In this document: positions 45,577 through 54,484 of the stretch, one piece after another
How the letters are laid out: each line of letters begins with the position of its first letter
Position numbering within the stretch: position 1 is the stretch's first letter
NCBI GenBank assembly: GCA_964504535.1
Contig: CAZDED010000003.1
Location: 6,850-70,849 of the forward strand
Length of the DNA: 64,000 nucleotides
Direction of reading: 5' to 3'
Source: an uncultured Gammaproteobacteria bacterium
GTDB lineage: Bacteria > Patescibacteriota > Microgenomatia > Levybacterales > GWA1-39-11
Position numbers and translations under genes: made by a program
The notes under the pieces: generated by a model
Databases searched by the model: none
Told to the model about the DNA's origin: nothing
Seen by the model: only the letters and a program-made list of their open reading frames with translations

Positions 45577-46602
45577 CTAAATTGCATCCTTTAACGCAAG
45601 CCCTGATACAACATTATAGCTTAATGAGTCAGCGCCGATTTCTGGTGGAACATTTTTCATATCATAGACTTGAAATGAACTTCCCAAAACGACTTGAATA
45701 TTGAGTTGATTGGTGAAGTAAATATCAACTCCCGGTAATTGAGCAGACCCTCCGGACAGAATCATTTGTGTGATAGTTTGGTTAGGGTTTTTCTCCTTAT
45801 AAAGAAGCATCGTCTTTCTGATGTCTCCTAAAATCGATTCAAGAATAGGGAAGAGTGATTTTCCAATTTTTCCTTCAAATGCATCTTTATTGAGACCATA
45901 TGCCTTTTTGTATGAATCTGCCTGCGTAAGATCTATGCCAAGGTCAAGTGAAATAGCACGAGTTATTGCAATTCCCCCCTTGTCCACGGTAAAAACCATT
46001 ATTAATTCTCCATTTTCAACGACCGCAATATTTGTTGTTGCCGCTCCCATGTGAACGATCATGTTTGAACTTGCTGTATTAACAAGCGGAAATATTGACC
46101 TGTGGACAGAAAGCATCTCCGTTTCAATAGTTGAGGGAACCAAACCAAGCTCATCAAGTACTGTTTCATATTTCTTGATCAGTGCAAGTGAAGCAGCGAC
46201 CAAAAGTATTCTGGAGGTCTTATTTTGAGCAGTTGATGGACTAAGAACTTGCCAATCCGTTTTTACTTGATCTAAGGGGAGAGGGATATATTGCTCCATT
46301 TCATACTTTAAAGCAGCTGCTAATTCCTTTTCGGAAAGAGCAGGCATTTCTATTATCTTAGTGTAAACCTGACTCTCAGGAAGTGCTACATTTACTTCTT
46401 TCTGCTTTATGTTTGCACTTGTTATGATCTGCTTTACCGCTTCAGCAAATTTATGAAGATCTTCCGGGGACTCAGACATAATCCCCTTTTGTGGTGCAGG
46501 ACCAAGTCCCATGGACTCAATAGCAAAAGAGTTCCCTCCCTTTTTAAGAGAAAGCGCCTTTATAGACGTTGTTCCGATATCTAACCCGAATGTATCGCTC
46601 AT
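45577..46602 (-). CDS. pilM: Type IV pilus assembly protein PilM
   Basis: FGLDIGTTSIK, EQYIPLPL, HMGAATT, ILSGGSAQLPG (actin-like fold). Confidence 0.93.
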   Translation of the reverse strand: MSDTFGLDIGTTSIKALSLKKGGNSFAIESMGLGPAPQKGIMSESPEDLHKFAEAVKQIITSANIKQKEVNVALPESQVYTKIIEMPALSEKELAAALKYEMEQYIPLPLDQVKTDWQVLSPSTAQNKTSRILLVAASLALIKKYETVLDELGLVPSTIETEMLSVHRSIFPLVNTASSNMIVHMGAATTNIAVVENGELIMVFTVDKGGIAITRAISLDLGIDLTQADSYKKAYGLNKDAFEGKIGKSLFPILESILGDIRKTMLLYKEKNPNQTITQMILSGGSAQLPGVDIYFTNQLNIQVVLGSSFQVYDMKNVPPEIGADSLSYNVVSGLALKDAI

Positions 46603-47480
46603 TGTGACAGTAATGAATAGGGAAATATTTCAAGTGGCAGTTGAGGATAAGACTGGAAGTATACGACTTTTCTAACAGTGTCTCCAGATGTTCCTGTTGA
46701 TGTAACAATAGACCCTTGAGCTGGAAAAACAACACCTGATGACTGAAATCCAACGAGGCTTGAATTAAATATAGGAATAACTTTCATAATAAGTCCATTC
46801 GAAAGACTAGCTCCTCCAAAAGTCAGTGAAGCTGAATTTCTAAAAGTAACTCCTTTTAAAGTATAGGGACCGCCTGACGTAGTACCTGCTGTAGCGCCAG
46901 AAATTCTGGAGCACCCAGCTGCTTCGTATACATTTTTTTGGATAGTAGGATTGGCAACCGTTCCCCTCAAAAGGACGACTTCAATTGCAGGTGCAACACT
47001 ATCTCCACTTGAAGCAGAACAGGAAGTTTGTGAACTATTCCCCCAGTAGATAGTTATTGCTACAGGACTTCCTCCACCCATTTGATTGAGAAAGAGGCTC
47101 GCTGGATTTGCTGAATAGTCAGAAAGCCAAACATCAGCACCCGATGCCTGATCTACCTCTTGGCCATTATTGACAATGATAGCAGTCCCATTATCTGTCG
47201 TAAAAGTCGTGGAGAATGAAGCGTTGTTATCTAGATTAATTGGAGAATTTAACGTACCAATAGCACTTTGCCGTTCTATTGTTTGTTGTATTCCTGATTC
47301 TGCTGCCTGAAATGCCCTCTGAGACTCTTCATTTTGCTTTGAGAGCTTTAGCTCAGTAACAACTCGAGCAGCAATAGAAAGACCTACGGTTAGTGCAACA
47401 ATCATTGTGAGTACAACAATGAGGAGGATTTGTCCTTTCTGACCACCACGAATAAACCCATTTCTAAAAGACATAGACAT
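46599..47480 (-). CDS. PilX-like minor pilin
   Basis: KGQILLIVVLTMIVALTVGLSI...QRAFQAAESG. Confidence 0.75.
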   Translation of the reverse strand: MSMSFRNGFIRGGQKGQILLIVVLTMIVALTVGLSIAARVVTELKLSKQNEESQRAFQAAESGIQQTIERQSAIGTLNSPINLDNNASFSTTFTTDNGTAIIVNNGQEVDQASGADVWLSDYSANPASLFLNQMGGGSPVAITIYWGNSSQTSCSASSGDSVAPAIEVVLLRGTVANPTIQKNVYEAAGCSRISGATAGTTSGGPYTLKGVTFRNSASLTFGGASLSNGLIMKVIPIFNSSLVGFQSSGVVFPAQGSIVTSTGTSGDTVRKVVYFQSYPQLPLEIFPYSLLSQ

Positions 47481-47539
47481 ATCAATAATACGGTCAAAGC
47501 AGAGAAGATGTCAAGCTACGACCTGCTATGCAGGTTACG

Positions 47540-48133
47540 CTATGGGCTGAAATTTCGCATCGTAACGGAGGTATTAAAAGGGCTATTGGCGGTATTCTCA
47601 TTTGTAGCATTTGCGCGTTGAGATACAGTGAAAGAAACACTAATAATGGGCTGGGAATAGGGGTTGGCATCATTTTGTAGGCAAGAAAAAGTGCAGCTGG
47701 CAGGATCAACCTTAACGGTATTGTTGTCTATTAAATATGTTGTTACTGTCCCGCTGGTCGATGCAATACTCTGAGTTTGAGCATCACATGAAAAACTTAT
47801 AAGAGAGTCATCCGCTTGTTTAAATTCGATGGACGTCTTTTCAGTACTTTGTAGTGGATCGGTGCAATCAGAAACATCAACACCTCCAACTTTTGTCACT
47901 GACTCTGCCAATCTTGCAGTATTTGAAATGATTGAAAGAGCATAATTACCATTTTGAGAGACATCATTTGTTACTTTAGTCTTATTGCCACCACGCAAAG
48001 TAGAGTAGAGAATCCCAACTATTAGCCCCGACACAATTACAATGATGCTTGTAACAGCCAAAAGCTCAACAAGAGTATAACCCTTTTGGTTATTTTGTAG
48101 TTTGTAGTTTATAGTTTTTTGTTTGGGAATCAT
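47540..48133 (-). CDS. Minor pilin (PilW/GspJ-like)
   Basis: Class III signal KG|YTLVELL plus hydrophobic helix. Confidence 0.85.
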   Translation of the reverse strand: MIPKQKTINYKLQNNQKGYTLVELLAVTSIIVIVSGLIVGILYSTLRGGNKTKVTNDVSQNGNYALSIISNTARLAESVTKVGGVDVSDCTDPLQSTEKTSIEFKQADDSLISFSCDAQTQSIASTSGTVTTYLIDNNTVKVDPASCTFSCLQNDANPYSQPIISVSFTVSQRANATNENTANSPFNTSVTMRNFSP

Positions 48134-48612
48134 GGGTTACTGGCCGGATAAGCATATGGCATACACGCAATTAATTCCGACTTGTGACAAAAAGTGTTTG
48201 ATGCTGGACACTTTGTCGATATCCATTTAACGCGCACCGTAACTTTTATTTCAGTATTTGGACATTGCCCGCCGCTTGGCGAAAAGACAACGGTTCTATT
48301 AAAAGTAGTTCCTAGATTAATGCCGGTATCGCTGCAGGAAGCAGTAGTTAATGTATTGTTTTCTTCATCAATGCAGTACGTTGCATTTTGATTAAATGAC
48401 GCAAAAGTGGTGAGATCATTTTTTTGAATATTGCGTACAAATTCTATGCCTTGCTGCGCGTACTTATTTGCCTGATTTTGTTTTTTAATAAAAGTTGAAT
48501 TATATAATCCGTTAACAATAACAATAGCAATAGCCGTAATAATAAGAAGGATCGTCATGAGGGCAACTATTGCTTCGATTATTGTTTGACCACGTTGTAG
48601 TTTGTAATTCAT
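48130..48612 (-). CDS. Minor pilin (PilV-like)
   Basis: RG|QTIIEAIVAL, AQQGIEFVRN, VTVRVKW; start set at ATG 48612. Confidence 0.8.
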   Translation of the reverse strand: MNYKLQRGQTIIEAIVALMTILLIITAIAIVIVNGLYNSTFIKKQNQANKYAQQGIEFVRNIQKNDLTTFASFNQNATYCIDEENNTLTTASCSDTGINLGTTFNRTVVFSPSGGQCPNTEIKVTVRVKWISTKCPASNTFCHKSELIACMPYAYPASNP

Positions 48613-48613
48613 A

Positions 48614-49159
48614 TCATTGAACAGAAATATTTCCTCCAGAATCAACAGCTATAGTTTTTGTCTGGTTGTAACCTGTCAGAACAATGTTACAAGGAGCACC
48701 ATTTGCTGTCGATGAAAGAGGGCTGAAGTGTATCTGCGAACAGGTCGTAGCACCTGAGAACGTCAGATTATTCGGAAGTACTAAAAGTTTTATTCGAGAG
48801 GGATTAACACTTGCGCAGAGCTGATTGAGTTCTATCTGTGAATTTCCGAGTATATTTATTGTGTAACCGCCCAATGATTCTGACCCGCAAGATATAGTAT
48901 TTCCGCTGAGGTCTTGATTTGTTTTGACAGCTGAAAGAGCATTAAAACGTGCCTGACTTATTAATAGTTTGATATTGTTCGCTGTTTGGTTAACTTGTTG
49001 AGAATGGCTATATGAAACAAAAGAGACAATACCAACACCCGAAAGCACAGCTATAATACTGAAAACAACAAGCAGTTCAATAAGCGTGAAACCCCTATTA
49101 ATAGTTAGTAGCTGGTAGTTGATAGCTAGTAGTCTGCTTGTTTTGTTTTGGAACTTCAT
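48614..49159 (-). CDS. Minor pilin (FimT/GspH-like)
   Basis: RG|FTLIELLVV, QARFNALS. Confidence 0.85.
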   Translation of the reverse strand: MKFQNKTSRLLAINYQLLTINRGFTLIELLVVFSIIAVLSGVGIVSFVSYSHSQQVNQTANNIKLLISQARFNALSAVKTNQDLSGNTISCGSESLGGYTINILGNSQIELNQLCASVNPSRIKLLVLPNNLTFSGATTCSQIHFSPLSSTANGAPCNIVLTGYNQTKTIAVDSGGNISVQ

Positions 49160-49202
49160 AACAATATATTAACTAATAAATTTTAGCTAATAGCTATTAG
49201 TC

Positions 49203-49685
49203 TCATGGGCTGGTTAACTTGAAAGGTACATTCGGGGATGTGCAAACGCCGGCGTCTGCCTGATCAGTATCTTTCTCAGAGTCATTTGAGTTCTCCAAGC
49301 AACCAAAGAGAGTATATGTCGACCCATCAGCAGCAGCCGTGTATATGTACGGATCGCCCGTAACAGGATCACATGGAACTTTTTGCATATATACCGTGCC
49401 GTTTACCGATATACCATTGCCACATGTAGATAGTGATGCAGTGGCAGGATAATCGCCATTATCTGCTCTATACAGCTCCAAAGCAGACTGGAGCTGATAC
49501 ATGTTTGATTTTCTTTGACCATCACGACCACGTTGCCGTGCCCCGATAAAATTTGCAGTCAAAAGTGCAGTCAGTATCGCAATGATCGAGATTGAAACCA
49601 ATAGTTCGATGAGCGTGAAACCTCGAAGTGTTTTTCGCTTTGAGTTCTGATTTATAGGCAGGTTATTCATGTCTATATTCATCAT
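49203..49685 (-). CDS. Pilin with GspG-like core
   Basis: RG|FTLIELLV, GRDGQRKSNMYQLQSALELYRADNGDYP, PCDP; start may be 49670. Confidence 0.88.
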   Translation of the reverse strand: MMNIDMNNLPINQNSKRKTLRGFTLIELLVSISIIAILTALLTANFIGARQRGRDGQRKSNMYQLQSALELYRADNGDYPATASLSTCGNGISVNGTVYMQKVPCDPVTGDPYIYTAAADGSTYTLFGCLENSNDSEKDTDQADAGVCTSPNVPFKLTSP

Positions 49686-49728
49686 ACTACAATCTAATAG
49701 CTATCAGCTAATATCTAATAGCTATTAG

Positions 49729-50421
49729 TTATGGTGATATATTCGGGCTTGTAACCCCATAGTTGCAAGCAACGTTCGTTCCGCAGGTTATATTTGTTCC
49801 TCCCAATCCTGTCCCTTGCGTGCTTTGGCAAGCATTCCCACTATTGCAAGCCTGTGGATCATTTCCACCCCTGTCTAAGGCTGCGTAGAGAGCATATGAT
49901 TGTCCTGTAGAATCAGACCAATATGCATAACTTTTAGCAGTCTTGGGATCAATTGGAAGAACATCCATGTACGGACTCCATGTATGTCCCCATGCAACAG
50001 CGGTACCACTAGTTCCATCTGAAGAGATTTGATTCGCGTTGGCTGCTTGGTAAACAGGAGGATATCTGTGGAAATCATTGTAATATACCTCTAATGCTCT
50101 CTGAACTTGCGCAAGATCTTGTTTTCTTTTGGAATCTTGACTCTTATTAAATTGCTCAACTGGATTTACAACCGCTAAAATGATCGCTGATAAAACCCCA
50201 AGGACTCCAATGACGGTTATTAGCTCAATCAATGTGAAACCAAAAGCAGTAGGCAGAAATCTTTTGTCTTTTGACTTCTGTCTTTTGACTTCTGATGTTA
50301 GAGGAAGTGGCCGATGAAGATTTGAAGAATTTTTTCTCCCCAAAAAAGGGAAATTACGACTGATGCTACTAAGAAAGGTCCAAATGGAATAGTGCTTCCA
50401 AAAAAGTGCAATTTGCGCCAT
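49729..50421 (-). CDS. Pilin with GspG-like core (start uncertain)
   Basis: FG|FTLIEL, DSKRKQDLAQVQRALEVYYND..YP, PIDP. The only upstream ATG (50421) and TTG (50343) lie inside pilD. Confidence 0.8.
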   Translation of the reverse strand: MAQIALFWKHYSIWTFLSSISRNFPFLGRKNSSNLHRPLPLTSEVKRQKSKDKRFLPTAFGFTLIELITVIGVLGVLSAIILAVVNPVEQFNKSQDSKRKQDLAQVQRALEVYYNDFHRYPPVYQAANANQISSDGTSGTAVAWGHTWSPYMDVLPIDPKTAKSYAYWSDSTGQSYALYAALDRGGNDPQACNSGNACQSTQGTGLGGTNITCGTNVACNYGVTSPNISP

Positions 50422-51059
50422 ACAACCAGTATGATTGAGACCAAAGCACCTGTCAAGAAAGCTATATATAAGGCTACAAGGACAGATGGAAAGCCCAATA
50501 AAAACCCTAGGACGAATGAAAATTTTACATCCCCAAAGCCCATACCTCTGCCTTTTGTAACTACAAATAAAAACAGAAAAAATAACAGAGCACCAAGACC
50601 TGCGTATAGATGGTTTGTGAGCGAGATATGCTTCTCGTATAAAAAGGCTATACTTCCAACCATTGAGAGAATAACCAAAAGATCAGGGATTATTCCATAC
50701 TCTATATCAGCAAAAAAAATACCAATAAGACACCAAAGAATAACTGCAAGAAATATCGCAGATAAAAAAGTTATTGTCTGTGTCATAAAAAGACCCATGA
50801 CAAATACAAATGTGATTCCCGTCAGACTCTCGACAATAATGAGCCTTTTCGGTATATTTTTTTTACAAAATCTACATTTTCCTCTTAAAATTAGGTAGGA
50901 AAATATCGGGATCAGATCAATGGGGGAGAGTGTTTTTTTACAGTGTTCACAGTATGACCGCCCACCAACAATGCCTCTTCCGGTTGACAGTCTGTCTATA
51001 ACAACATTTAAAAAACTTCCCAAGACACTCCCAATAATAAATGCCAGCAACAATTCCAT
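50298..51059 (-). CDS. pilD: Prepilin peptidase (A24)
   Basis: GSFLNVVIDR, RSYCEHC, GKCRFC, DIEYGIIPD, GMGFGDVK, IPFGPFL. Confidence 0.95.
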   Translation of the reverse strand: MELLLAFIIGSVLGSFLNVVIDRLSTGRGIVGGRSYCEHCKKTLSPIDLIPIFSYLILRGKCRFCKKNIPKRLIIVESLTGITFVFVMGLFMTQTITFLSAIFLAVILWCLIGIFFADIEYGIIPDLLVILSMVGSIAFLYEKHISLTNHLYAGLGALLFFLFLFVVTKGRGMGFGDVKFSFVLGFLLGFPSVLVALYIAFLTGALVSIILVVWRKLHFFGSTIPFGPFLVASVVISLFWGEKILQIFIGHFL

Positions 51060-51072
51060 TAGTTAAGTATAC

Positions 51073-53097
51073 CTATTTTTGCACTTCTTTTGTTATAGCT
51101 TTCTTAATATCTTCATTAAAAACTTGTCTGAAATGTTGAGAAACCCCATCTATCTTTTTAGGATCCTTATAGCAATTTACCGCATTAAAGTACCAGAAAT
51201 AGTAATAACTTTTCTCGATAGGATAAAGATCTATGGCTTTTTTCATATCCGTATCTGCATCAGAACAATTTCCAAATTGACTTTCTACTCTTGATTTGCC
51301 GGCGTACCCTTTAGAAAATTCCGGATCTATGACGGTTGCGTATTTGTAGTATTTAGCAGCTGCACTAAAATCAGCATACTCATTAAAAAATATATCCCCA
51401 ATTTTTACAAATGAATCAGCATAATACGTAGGAATGTCTGAAGTTGTTAAATTTCTTTCAAAGGGAAGCAATTTTGTACGCTCGGGAATATCAATATTTG
51501 CGAAATCGGAAGGGAACATCTTTCTATAATCTTCGATTTTAGGAAAATTCTTTCTCTCAATAAGCTGATACCCGATCCCTCTTGGCAACCACATAAAGTC
51601 AGGATTATTAAGTTTGATTTGAGTTGTTGCAAAAACAGGTCTATTTTTAGATATTTTTTCTATAGTTCTAAAAAAAGCATACAGATCATCTTTCTTATAT
51701 TCTTTTTTTGATCGTTCAAAAATTGGAGTAAAGTAGTCATTTCTTATAGCAAAATTCCCAATCTCAACAAGATCTATGTCTGGACGAATTTTCTTCACGA
51801 AGTGCACGTACCATGTATTAAATGATTTCGTGTCTCCTTCAGCTACAAGCAGTGATCCCTCCGGCAGATTCCTCATAAAGTTGGCACCAAATTCATTGCC
51901 AATTGAAAGCTGGGAAAGATTTGTCCTTTGATAATTTTTAGCAAACTGCAGGATAGGAATTAACACAAAAACTGAAAGTAGCACCACTGAATAGATTTTT
52001 TTTGAAAAAACTCTTGCAAAAAACGTATAAAGCAAAAGTAACCCCCACGGGAAAAAAATAACCACCATAACTTCTGATAGGAGATAAAATCGCTCAACAG
52101 TTGCAAGGACAAAGTTATTGGTTATTGGAAAAGCGGCATATAGAACAAATACTGGTCCCACAAGAATAGTTGAACCGATCAGGGAAAGACCAGCATATCT
52201 TTCTTTGCGAAGTAGATTTATCGCTCCAAGCAACGAAACTATAATAACAGGAAGTGTTAATGACATGGTGATTGACTCGAAATAATTCTTCAAGAGAAAA
52301 CTTCTCAGCTCATAAGCAGGGCGAGGGAAAATACCAGCAGAAAAAGTACCATAATCTCTTCTCAACACAAGATCAATGAAATTAGGCAAATTTTTGGCAT
52401 CATCCCAACTGACAATCGGATTTCTTGATGCTGCGAGTGGAATATAAAAGTAGGGCAGTAGACCAACTAAAAACAACAGCGGCACTACTAAAAGTTTTTT
52501 ACGAAAAGCAAAAATTTCTCTCCTTTTATTTATTCCCAGAAGAACCACCAAAGGAACTAGCATAATTATTGTCATATGGTTTGACATACCTAATCCCAAG
52601 AATAAAAAAGTCAGACCCAAATTCTTGAATTCCGTTTTTTTGTAAAAAACTAAAACATTATAAATAAGGCAAAGGGAAAGGAATATATTAAGCATAAATA
52701 CCTCAGGAATTTCACTATAAAGCCAAAAATGATAGGAAAATGCCAGAGAACCAATACTCAAGGCTTGGATCAGTTTATTCGGAATAAATAGTTTTGTGAT
52801 GTTCCAAAAAATGTAAAGAGAACCGATTGCAGCAAAAACAGATATAAGACCCACATTTGTTACCGGTTCAAGGTTGAGGTGTATATGGCTTAGTATAAAA
52901 CCAAGGAGTGTAAAGAGTGGATATCCGGGTGGATGAGCAACTCCTCTAACAACTGCCGCGGTAACAAGATCACCGACATCCCCACCATATACATCAGCAG
53001 TCAAACCAGATATATAGAAATATAAAATTACCGACAAGAGTATAAAAATTGAGAATGAGAAAAAGCTAATTCGCAGTTTCGCGCTACTAATAGACAT
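51073..53097 (-). CDS. DUF2723/TMEM260-like GT-C glycosyltransferase with C-terminal TPR-like helices
   Basis: GDVGDLVTAAVVRGVAHPPGYPLFTLLG N-terminal signature, EVF.LN, GMSNH, multiple TM helices, TPR-like tail (AAKYYKYATVIDP...KAIDLYP). Confidence 0.82.
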   Translation of the reverse strand: MSISSAKLRISFFSFSIFILLSVILYFYISGLTADVYGGDVGDLVTAAVVRGVAHPPGYPLFTLLGFILSHIHLNLEPVTNVGLISVFAAIGSLYIFWNITKLFIPNKLIQALSIGSLAFSYHFWLYSEIPEVFMLNIFLSLCLIYNVLVFYKKTEFKNLGLTFLFLGLGMSNHMTIIMLVPLVVLLGINKRREIFAFRKKLLVVPLLFLVGLLPYFYIPLAASRNPIVSWDDAKNLPNFIDLVLRRDYGTFSAGIFPRPAYELRSFLLKNYFESITMSLTLPVIIVSLLGAINLLRKERYAGLSLIGSTILVGPVFVLYAAFPITNNFVLATVERFYLLSEVMVVIFFPWGLLLLYTFFARVFSKKIYSVVLLSVFVLIPILQFAKNYQRTNLSQLSIGNEFGANFMRNLPEGSLLVAEGDTKSFNTWYVHFVKKIRPDIDLVEIGNFAIRNDYFTPIFERSKKEYKKDDLYAFFRTIEKISKNRPVFATTQIKLNNPDFMWLPRGIGYQLIERKNFPKIEDYRKMFPSDFANIDIPERTKLLPFERNLTTSDIPTYYADSFVKIGDIFFNEYADFSAAAKYYKYATVIDPEFSKGYAGKSRVESQFGNCSDADTDMKKAIDLYPIEKSYYYFWYFNAVNCYKDPKKIDGVSQHFRQVFNEDIKKAITKEVQK

Positions 53098-53147
53098 TAA
53101 AGAATGTTATATCAAAAAAATTGTTTTAAGAGAAGACGGGAGAAAGA

Positions 53148-53714
53148 TTACTGTGTGCACCAATAACAGTTGGCGTTGTTAGGAGCGACTGGATTGTTAG
53201 GACCTCCTACGCATGCGTTGTTTGAGCTAGGCGCAGTTCCATCCTGGTTGTACTTTGTATTGACATCACGCTCTTGTGATTTTGATTTTGGCTGATAACA
53301 CATTGTTATATTTCCACCGGTTTCGCTCGCATAAAGATTTTGCAAAATACCGGTTGCTGTCGTAAAAGCTGGTTTTAGCTCACCCTCGGTAACAAGCACT
53401 CCTAAACAGGTAGTGAACATTGCAGAATCACTAAAGAGATTGACCGCTGAGAGGGTATTGTTACCTACGCCCATACATTGAGCACCAGCAGCTCCCCACG
53501 GCATCGCACTATGAGTAGTGTAGTAACGGATGTTTGCATTTAAGAACTCCACTGCTGTATTTTTGGAATTTGCATCTTGAGCTTTATTTAGCTGTTCGAA
53601 TGGATCAATAGTAGCGACTAAAGCAGCAGCAAGTATACCGAGGATACCAATAACAACTAAAAGCTCGATCAGGGTGAATCCTTTTTGTAACTGTCGGACA
53701 GGTGACAATTTCAT
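53148..53714 (-). CDS. Type IV pilin (probable major pilin)
   Basis: KG|FTLIELLVVIGILGILAA, C-terminal cysteines; own promoter; start set at ATG 53714. Confidence 0.85.
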   Translation of the reverse strand: MKLSPVRQLQKGFTLIELLVVIGILGILAAALVATIDPFEQLNKAQDANSKNTAVEFLNANIRYYTTHSAMPWGAAGAQCMGVGNNTLSAVNLFSDSAMFTTCLGVLVTEGELKPAFTTATGILQNLYASETGGNITMCYQPKSKSQERDVNTKYNQDGTAPSSNNACVGGPNNPVAPNNANCYWCTQ

Positions 53715-53723
53715 ATTAAGTCC

Positions 53724-53753
53724 ATCATAACCACAATGAATTTCCCTTGTCAA
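53724..53753 (-). promoter_or_regulatory. Putative strong promoter of the pilin gene
   Basis: TTGACA-N18-TATGAT, 9 nt before ATG 53714. Confidence 0.6.
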
Positions 53754-53767
53754 GGGGTACTTTAGAA

Positions 53768-54376
53768 CTAAAGAAAGATGGATTCAATCATAATTTTGTG
53801 GTTTATGTTATTGGTTTTGGTAAGGCTTATGAGGGGCAATGATCTTTTGCAATACTGAAAGTAGCTTGAGACATTTACCTGATCTATATTTGCCAGGAGT
53901 AGTTGTCTCATGGCCATAATAAGATCATCCAAATTACCATCTTCAAGAGATGCTACCAGCTCATCAATTTTTAACCAATCGTTGTTGCTTTCACAAATGT
54001 TTTTTACAAGATCAGCGATCTTCTCACTTACTGTTGTTTGTGTAGTCAATCTGACAAGTACACAGCGGGAACGGACAGTCTGCAACAATGTATCCTCCTG
54101 GGATGATGAGAATAAGAAATATACATTATCCGGAGCCTCTTCCATGTTTTTCAGGAGAGCATTCTGAGCTTCAATAGTACAAGTATTTCTAAAGATAAAT
54201 ATTTTCTTTGTCGGCACTTTATAGCTAAGATCATTTTTAATTGCACGCGCATTCTCTATCTTTATCGGGTCATCGAAATATTCAATTTCAAAAGGAGTAA
54301 ATAAATTCTCTTTCAGATAATTATCAACATATTCATTTATAGCGGTGTTGTCACCTACCAAAAAAATGTTATTCAT
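53768..54376 (-). CDS. holB: DNA polymerase III delta-prime-like clamp loader subunit (short form)
   Basis: IKIENAR, TIEAQNALLKNMEEAP, LLQTVRSRC (SRC motif). Confidence 0.75.
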   Translation of the reverse strand: MNNIFLVGDNTAINEYVDNYLKENLFTPFEIEYFDDPIKIENARAIKNDLSYKVPTKKIFIFRNTCTIEAQNALLKNMEEAPDNVYFLFSSSQEDTLLQTVRSRCVLVRLTTQTTVSEKIADLVKNICESNNDWLKIDELVASLEDGNLDDLIMAMRQLLLANIDQVNVSSYFQYCKRSLPLISLTKTNNINHKIMIESIFL

Positions 54377-54410
54377 GCTGCTCTTTTTATATCATAAATA
54401 GAGTAAGTTG

Positions 54411-54439
54411 TTGACGGCAAAGGCAAATTCAACTACGAT
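54411..54439 (+). promoter_or_regulatory. Putative sigma70 promoter for pilB-pilT-pilC
   Basis: TTGACG-N17-TACGAT. Confidence 0.65.
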
Positions 54440-54484
54440 AAATATACCGCTTTTACCCAAGCGGGGTTTGTAGTGAGGAAAACT

